Below, one piece after another: positions 56,130 to 64,000 of a stretch of DNA of 64,000 nucleotides (its first letter is position 1; the number at the start of each line of letters is the position of its first letter). Origin of the DNA: Octopus vulgaris (lineage: Eukaryota); contig OX597815.1 of the NCBI GenBank assembly GCA_951406725.2, positions 13,640,001 to 13,704,000 on the forward strand, read 5' to 3'. A program made the position numbers and the translations under genes. Under the pieces are notes generated by a model that worked only from the letters and a program-made list of their open reading frames with translations, was not told the origin of the DNA and made no database searches.

Positions 56130-57045
56130 TTCTGTAATTTTTCTGATTGTTGCATCTGTTCTATGTGTGGAGTACTTAAGAAGGAAGGAGCTCTTCGATT
56201 GTGTACCAACACGCCGAGCAGGAACACAGGGGATCAATCAACAACATAGAGGTTAAAATATTGTTCACACATAGAACAGATGCAACAATCAGACAAATTA
56301 CAGAAGCTACACACATAATAGAAGATAAATCTAGCCTGAATAGGAAACTGGAATGAAACACTAGCACACACCACAACATATGACAGAAGAGTATCCCCAT
56401 AAACTGGTTACAATAGAAAAAAAACCGAAAACATAATAAATAAAATACACAGATAAATAAACTAATAGAAATGAATAACTGTATAGGTTTTCTTTTTTAA
56501 TTTAAAAGATTGTTTTTAATTTTTTAAATTTGCTTTTTAATTTATTAATTAAAAATTTTTTTTAATGTTTTATTATTATTATTATTGTTAATACTAGTAT
56601 TGTTGTTATACATACATACATACATACAAGCATACGTAATAATAATAATAACGATGATAAAAATAAGTGGATAAAATAAACAAAAACGAAAACAAATTAC
56701 ACGAACGTATATAAACAGAAGATACAAATATGACAGGCATTCCTCCACACATACATACACACTATCTAAACATAGACGCACATAGAGATATACGCATGCG
56801 CAAATGAAGACACATACAATAGAAATACAAAAGGCCTGACGGTTAGTAAGGAGAGACATAAATAAGAAAAAAGAAAGCAAAGGACCACTGTTGCGGTCAC
56901 AGGAGTGTGACGAAAGAACTCTGGCCGAAATAAGATTAAGATTAATGTAAAAAATAAATAACACTGAAGCAAAGTAACACCAAATATATAGTGCGTGTGT
57001 TTTTATTGGCTAAACTGGCAAAATGACCATTCGTATATCCAGCAA
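56130..57045 (+). mobile_element. 5'-truncated Penelope-like element with a short 5' inversion
   Basis: IVYQHAEQEHRGSINNIEVKILFTHRTDATIRQITEA...LNRKLE* is the GIY-YIG C-terminus, homologous to 61440-61600. 56130-56169 is an inverted copy of 56266-56305. 3' hammerhead at 56882. Confidence 0.8.
56882..56926 (+). ncRNA. Degenerate hammerhead in a PLE 3' repeat
   Basis: CCA-CTGTTGC-g-GTCAC(AGGAGT)GTGAC-GAAA-GAAC-TC-TGG. Stems intact, core mutated. Confidence 0.65.
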
Positions 57046-57187
57046 TATATTCATATATGTATAAAATATATATATATATATTTATATATGTATGTATGTA
57101 TACATATATACATATATACACATATACATGCATACATATATATATATATACATAAATATATATACATGTATACATATACATACATAT

Positions 57188-57228
<41 letters not shown>

Positions 57229-58758
57229 TAAAAGGAATTCCGACCTTCTCTGATTTTTCCGTTTTATTTACAATCTTATAATGATATAAGATAATATAAT
57301 AAAATAAAATAAAATAATAGAATGTTAAATGTTCATTTTGATTGAACTAGTACTTTCATGCATTAAATTCTGCACTTTTCAGGTTCATGTAGTTGTGGTG
57401 ACAGTCATGCTTCACAATTTTTGACTATAGCGAGATGATTGAATCTGTGCTTTAAATAGAGTTGGGTAGGCTCCAGATGCTAGGTTTTGCAAACTGTATT
57501 CTGAACAATTAGTGTATAGTATCACTCAATTACTTTAGCTGATCGGTTGGTTGAGCTGATTGGTTTAGGCGACACGCTTTGTTGGACATGTCAAGAGTCC
57601 TGTATCTTGACCCTGGCCGAAGCAACAATTGTTGGGCTATTTTTAGAAATGTTGTAAATAGCCTTTGTCAGAGATTTTTATATTTTTATATTTCAATTGT
57701 CATCATCATCATTGTCAGCACCTTAATTATTGTTGCTAGTGGTGATGGTGGTGGCAATATTTATATTATACATGCGATTCGACGTGGGAACAACATGTTG
57801 CTTCTCTTTCTAATTTTCAGATTCGATGCCCATTGAAACCAGTCAATACATCTCGGTCTACGGCGTGTGGGTCACCCTAAAATTCCTCATTACTCGCTAC
57901 CTGAGAAGGGCCAGCTCATTTCCTATCACTAACCTTACAATTAGTCCCCACGTGCACTATTGCTACACACCTTTTATACCTGTTTCTCCCCTTCCCACAC
58001 CACTGCCATATATCATCCTCGTTACTTTACGTTATTTTCTTCCATATGTTATATTTTCTATTTGTTACAACCTTTTATGCATTACTTTCTAAATAGTAAA
58101 TTCACTTTCCTTCCACCGTTGTTTTGATTTCTAATGTATGGTTTTACCACAGTTTTCTACAGTGCACGTTCCTACTCAAATCTCTTTTGGAGTCAAGTGT
58201 CCTCCGTATGGAGGAAAAGTAAAAAAAAAATATCTTTTTTAATATTATTGTTGCATTTGTAAAATCTCAGAAAATATTTTAAAATTCACATGTTTGTCAA
58301 ATTATTTTGTTATATTTGTCTGTCTATCCAACTGTAAACATTTTAAATATTTCACTAACTTTTTGTTATAACTTGGTAAAAGGGTACATATTTTGCCAAA
58401 AATTGCTAAATTTGTTCCCACAGTATTCTTTATCCACAACCAGAATCGTAGACTTCACTATTCTTGGACAATCCATCAAATTCCCCGGATTTTCAATCAA
58501 GCATGTAACATTTTTTCAAGTATCTTTTTTTTTCTTATCAGTCCTAGAGGACAGGCACTTTATTTTCCAACACGTGGAAATTTGTATCAAGTTCCTTTGC
58601 ACTTCTATGCATCATACTTTAAAAAATGTTCCATTTACCATTTCTCCAACATTTCTAAACACATTACATCAAGCCTCTCCAGATTTTTCGCCAGCGTTTT
58701 GCAATCTAAAATATAACTTCTCTTCACTCACACAAAACCTAAGTTTCCTACTCCTCTC

Positions 58759-58824
<66 letters not shown>

Positions 58825-59013
58825 ACATTATATATAAGGGCTTAGTAAAATAAATTACTTTGCCACATACTGAACTCATTAGAAATAGCAGCTAAAGAAA
58901 TTTCTTCAGGTATTTCTAATACTTAAAGAAGATCTCTCTCAGATAGTGTTTGCCTAAACCAACTCACAAAGGTATGGGGGAAAAAACATTAAAAATCAAG
59001 TGCAAAGGTTATT

Positions 59014-59065
59014 TGAGAACGTACGTTTCTAGATTAGTCAATTCGACATTTCTTTCGTCAGCTCA
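59014..59065 (-). ncRNA. Type I hammerhead ribozyme, intact core
   Basis: TGAG-CTGACGA-aAGA(aatGTCgaattGACtaa)TCTa-GAAA-CGTACG-TT-CTCA. GUU cleavage triplet; palindromic stem III. Confidence 0.85.
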
Positions 59066-59184
59066 GAATTCCTTGAATCGGATTTGGGAACACTGAAAGT
59101 CGGGAGCATACCCTTTCGGCTTCTCATCAGCCGAAAGGGTATGCTCCCGACTTTCAGTGTTCCCAAATCCGATTCAAGGAATTC

Positions 59185-59236
59185 TGAGCTCACGAAAGAA
59201 ATGTCGAATTGACTAATCTAGAAACGTACGTTCTCA
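59185..59236 (+). ncRNA. Type I hammerhead, core-mutant copy (CUCACGA, G5C)
   Basis: Reverse complement of 59014-59065 except at position 59191. Confidence 0.82.
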
Positions 59237-61815
59237 AATAACCTTTGCACTTGATTTTTAATGTTTTTTCCCCATACCTTTGTGAGTTGGTTTAGGCAAA
59301 CACTATCTGAGAGAGATCTTCTTTAAGTATTAGAAATACCTGAAGAAATTTCTTTAGCTGCTATTTCTAATGAGTTCAGTATGTGGCAAAGTAATTTATT
59401 TTACTAAGCCCTTATATATAATGTAATATTTTGAATTCGCCTAAAATGGTCCCTTTACATACTGAATACTTGATGAAATTGATTAATAATTAATTAATTT
59501 TACCCTCAATTGTTGAAATTATATATATACATATATATATATCTATCTTAATCTCAGTCACTCTACTTTTCTCTCTGGTAGCTTTTAACAGTGCTTTTTA
59601 TGGTAATTCGTTTTCTCCTACTTCTCTACTCTCCCAGAACTCGGAGATTTCCTTTTATTTTCGCGTCTTTGATTTCATACCTTCATTTCAAGCAAAAGTG
59701 TGTCTCACTCATACATTTGCATAATTTTCAACCTCACCTTCCACGTTCCTTTTCCTTTTTGCCTGACTCTTTCATGCGCTCAGACTTCTTCACACCAGCG
59801 CTCTCTTCACACTGCACAAGAATCTAAACATCATTCTTCCATATGCTCACAGAATACTCGCATACCCTCCAATACTTGCACAAAATCTTTGCACGTTTGT
59901 GAACGTTTTCCGACGACCCAACATACAAATCCGGAAAAATGCCATCTATATCGCAGAAAGTACACAAACATATTAACGAAGAAATTCTCAATGAAGTAAA
60001 AGAATCAACAATAAATGTTCCAACCTAATAGAAAAACTAAGCAAATTTCAGGATTTCCTGCAAAACACGATAGAAAAGAGGAAGAGAATTATTTGACAAA
60101 CACTCAATACACAAACAACATTGAAGTTGTTTGCAAAAATATCCAGGCAAACGTCCAAACATGTTGAGTAGAATATAATTCACATCGTGCAAGAATATCC
60201 GCAAATAATCCCAAGTCATCTCTCCAAAAGAGAGACGGACGCGATATATTTGGTTTAAAATCTCTCATAAGGATATTTAAATTGTGGAATATATTCAGAA
60301 ACAAGAAGAAAGCAGAAAATTTCAAACACTATATAACCTAAATACAATTGACCTTACTGGAAAAAGTACACATCAAACCGACACCCGAAGAACCAGAACA
60401 ACAGATAATTGTATGTCAAATATTATGTGGAGCTAGAAAGCAAAGTGATATTGAGACTTATAGAATACACTAACGAATAAATATACAATGTCAGAGACCA
60501 ACAACTGAAACTGGAAATTTCAAAAGGGGAAAATCGACCAAAAACTGCAAGATTGAGATGATAGTGTCTAGAAACAAGAATGGGAAAGCGATGAACTGAT
60601 TTCTTTACATAGAAATGAAACAAACGAACAGTGGCTCACCTCGTATGAAGAACAATTCAGTAAAGAATACGCAACAAACCTAGACCGACTCTTAAAAACA
60701 GGATAATCAAAAATCTCTACTGCGACCCTTACTCTCTAACAACAGAGATAGACTAACAAATGGGTAAAACAGGATCTCAACACAAAAGTACGACGGTAAT
60801 TTCGGACAAGAATTGTCAAATCATATGGAACAATCGTATAAAATTAGTAGGAAAAAATACCATGCACTAAAACATACTGCAATAATTTCACAGGAAGCCA
60901 ACATCACATGATATGAAATAATTTTAGAGAACATAAAAAAATCCACAACCAAATGGAGAACAATAATTTCGAATGACACCAAGATTGCAGGATAAGGAAA
61001 ACATTCAGAGAACACAATAACATGTTGAATGCTGAAATACGCTGAAATTATACAAACAATAATTTAAGAAAAAGCAAGTAGATTGTAAACAAATGTGACT
61101 CCAATCGTAAGAACTGATTTTTAGACATAAACCAGAAAGACAGAGACACAAGCTAGCTTCCACGGATTAAAGTAGTAGAAAAGCCTAGTGCCCGTATAAA
61201 CTCCCAGACCTGTAAAACATATCCCTTCCATAAGTCCCCATGTAAGGAGAACAGTTGTATTGTATGCAGGAAGAACCGAAGGGTTAACTGTAAGGTTAGG
61301 AGTAGTGTATAGTATATAGCTTACGATGTCCTGAGGGACGGTGCAAAAGCATGATAACTACTTACATTGGAGAGACAGCACGCAGCATAGGAAAACATAT
61401 AGGTGAGCACTGGTGAGAGGTCAAAGAAGCGAAATGCTCGTCAGTGGTCCATTAACATGCTCAAGCAGAACATAGATACTCAGTCAATAGCATAACGGTC
61501 AAAGTATTATCAACGCATAGAACTGATACGACACTTAGACAGTTCAGAGACGCCGCACTCAGAGCAATAGGCAGACCGAGCCTCAAACGAAAGCACGAAT
61601 GAAACAAGAACACCCACTGCGACATAACACAACATGACGACAAAAGACTAAAGATTGAAGGGAGAAACAGAAGAAACATTCTGATACAAACAGCGTAATA
61701 GACATACAATAGACATATATGCATATACCTATGATAAATATGAAAAAAAATTAGAAACGAAAGAAATCTGTATGAAGAGAACGGATGCAAAGAACATAGG
61801 AAGCGAACTCATATA

Positions 61816-62046
61816 TATTTCTTTACTACCCACAAGGGGCTAAACACAGAGGGGACAAACAAGGAGAGACAAACGGATTAAGTCGATTACATCGACCCCA
61901 GTGCGTAACTGCTACTTAATTTATCGACCTCGAAAGGATGGAAGGCAAAGTCGACCTCGGCGGAATTTGAACTCGGAACGTAACGACAGACGAAATACGG
62001 TTACGCAGGTCGCCCGGCGTGCTAACGTTTCTGCCAGCTCGCCTAT
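61816..62046 (-). mobile_element. SINE family 3 copy
   Basis: Matches 12942-13171; perfect 16-bp TSD GAAGCGAACTCATATA at 61800 and 62047. Confidence 0.92.
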
Positions 62047-62137
62047 GAAGCGAACTCATATAGACACACAAACACACATACGGTTACAACAATACCAACA
62101 ACACGACTAATAGCAATGGCAACAACAGCAACAGCAA

Positions 62138-62504
62138 GTGGAGGCCCAATGGCCCATTGGTTAGGGCAGCGAACTCGCGGTCGGAGGATCGCGGTTTCGA
62201 TTCCCAGACCGGCCGTTGTGTGTGTTTATTGAGAGAAAACACCTAAAGCTCCACGAGGCTCGGACAGGGGGTGGTGGCGACCCCTGTTGTACTCTTTCGC
62301 TCCAACTTACCCTCACTCTTTCTTCCTGTTTCTTGTCCCCGACTTCCTACGCAACCGCTGAGCCTGGATGCGCATTCAACCATCAGTCGATGCTCTCGGT
62401 GTCGGGGTTGACCTGCTTTCTCTTCTGTGGGTCTTACAAATAGCAAAGGACCACGTTTCGGACTTCTCCCATCTTGCGAGCTCTGGGACGAAGAGCGTTC
62501 GCCC
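62138..62504 (+). mobile_element. tRNA-derived SINE (head B + different tail Y)
   Basis: First ~195 nt align to the head of 46022-46410, then an unrelated 3' part. CAACAGCAACA direct repeats flank it. Confidence 0.85.
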
Positions 62505-62663
62505 AACAGCAACATCAACAGCATCTATCACGATGGTAGCAGCATGGGTGAACACACAAACACAACGAGGTACAAGAAAGGTACATAAAGTCAGTGTAAA
62601 GGGCAGCAGCAGAGCCAACGGTGTAGGGGAGGGTCATAGTGCTTCTAAAAACAATGACACTAG

Positions 62664-62704
<41 letters not shown>

Positions 62705-62817
62705 CAAATGTACATACACACACGCATACAAACACAGACACATGTGCATGTATGGATACACATCATAGAAGAACAGAATGGAATAAGCAGAGTAAGTTTA
62801 CACACAAAGACGGCAAG

Positions 62818-62862
62818 TGTTACTGAGGAGGTCATAGATGTGTGACGAACGATTTCTAGACA
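62818..62862 (+). ncRNA. Degenerate hammerhead in a PLE 3' repeat
   Basis: TA-CTGAGGA-g-GTCAT(AGATGT)GTGAC-GAAC-GATT-TC-TA. Same family as 56882 and 48595. Confidence 0.65.
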
Positions 62863-64000
62863 ATAGACATGAGTTAGAATAAGAACAGTAATAAACGAGT
62901 GAAAAACGAACATATAATGCGTGTGTTAATTTGACACACACACACACACTCACTTTCATTTGTGTAGGTTTGCTGGTACACACCATTGTTGTGAGCCTAA
63001 GGTTATTTACTTCCATTTCCCCGAACCTCACGCTCTACTTATTAATGATAGGTGTTATCAACTCTTTGTTTGTGTTCCTTGACGTCGTGGGGATTCATGT
63101 TTTACATTAGATTAAAATTTGTATGAATCATTTTTTAATAGATAAACATCGATGTCTCATAGAAATGTAATGTATTTTTCCAAAGCTCTCGACCCTAAAC
63201 GCCTCACCTGTTACTGTTACAATATTGTATCCTTACTCTATATTTCATTCAGAATTCGGTAGTATCCAGCGGCGTCCAACACCCAAATCACATTTTAGAG
63301 CTTTCTTTACCGATAGTCTATAGAAACTAGAGCCAGCACTGGAAGTTACGACGTTTCATATAACGAAGACGTCAAAGCAAGCTATGCGATCGTAAATAGA
63401 ACACTAGGTAATGGTTGTATGTTCAAGCTGATGTAACCTGGACGGATACCTTTCGGGACTTACGGCCTTCGATGCTGATCTACAGAAATACACTCTGGGC
63501 ATAGGAAGTTCATCAATTTTTCCAAGTCTTTATTTTTCCGAAAGAGTACAGCGATTTCGGTATCCGTTGAGGTTTAAATTTGTTCAACTTGTTGTTGTCG
63601 CAGATGTGCCCGAAGTTTCACGTTTCCGGAAATTCTGCATTCGTTCATCCACGTAAAATTATGTTCTCGATTGTGATTCGGGTAATAATTATTAGGAAAT
63701 TAGTTATTAGAGTTCTCTCATAGTAGGTCATGACATCATAAATATTAATAAGTATATTTATAGAGTGCTTTGGTGAATTCTTACCGTGAACATCTAATTA
63801 TACTTCACCCAATGTCAATGTATGAGTAATGAATATTTGCATTCCGTTTCGCAGTTTGTACTGTGATAGTAGCACATTTTATTTCGTTTTTGGTGGGGAA
63901 GTTTATTATGATTGTGTATTTGACTTATTTTCATCCTTTATTTACAGATTGGTTGGTAGTTATTTTTGCCTATGTTGACTGACAACTTCTTAATATCTTT

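Larger units (their letters stand above)
58825..59520. mobile_element. Penelope-like foldback unit: ~297-bp inverted arms, 7-nt loop, right extension, flanked by TA runs
   Basis: Arms at 58825-59121 and 59129-59424 differ by one substitution and one homopolymer indel; each arm carries a hammerhead reading outward. Confidence 0.87.
61150..62935 (+). mobile_element. Decayed Penelope-like element: GIY-YIG endonuclease and 3' repeat, interrupted by two SINEs
   Basis: IKVVEKP...PCKENSCIVC...NCKVRSSV*YI...TYIGETARSIGKHIGEH...H*HAQAEH...LKRKHE*, with a hammerhead remnant at 62818-62862. The A-rich 59600-61150 segment may be its N-terminal part; I saw no RT motifs. Confidence 0.85.

Overview
AT-rich eukaryotic non-coding DNA. 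The SINE families and the dense (TA)n/(GATA)n/(TAT)n microsatellites suggest a coleoid cephalopod, most likely Octopus (inferred from repeat content only). I found no credible host protein-coding exon, and nearly all listed ORFs are microsatellite or SINE artefacts. The window is a mosaic of tRNA-derived SINEs (at least three modular families), decayed LINEs (CR1-like, RTE-like, R4/Dong-like), a mariner, Helitrons and a MITE. It also holds many Penelope-like element (PLE) remnants. The main result is about 13 hammerhead-ribozyme (HHR) motifs, from intact to degenerate. Several sit inside ORF-less foldback units built as (TA)n - long arm - spacer - short arm - (TA)n. In the two near-perfect palindromes (33992-34303 and 58825-59424), the only base substitution between the arms falls in the HHR catalytic core, and both times it is in the longer arm. 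All alignments and folds were done by eye.
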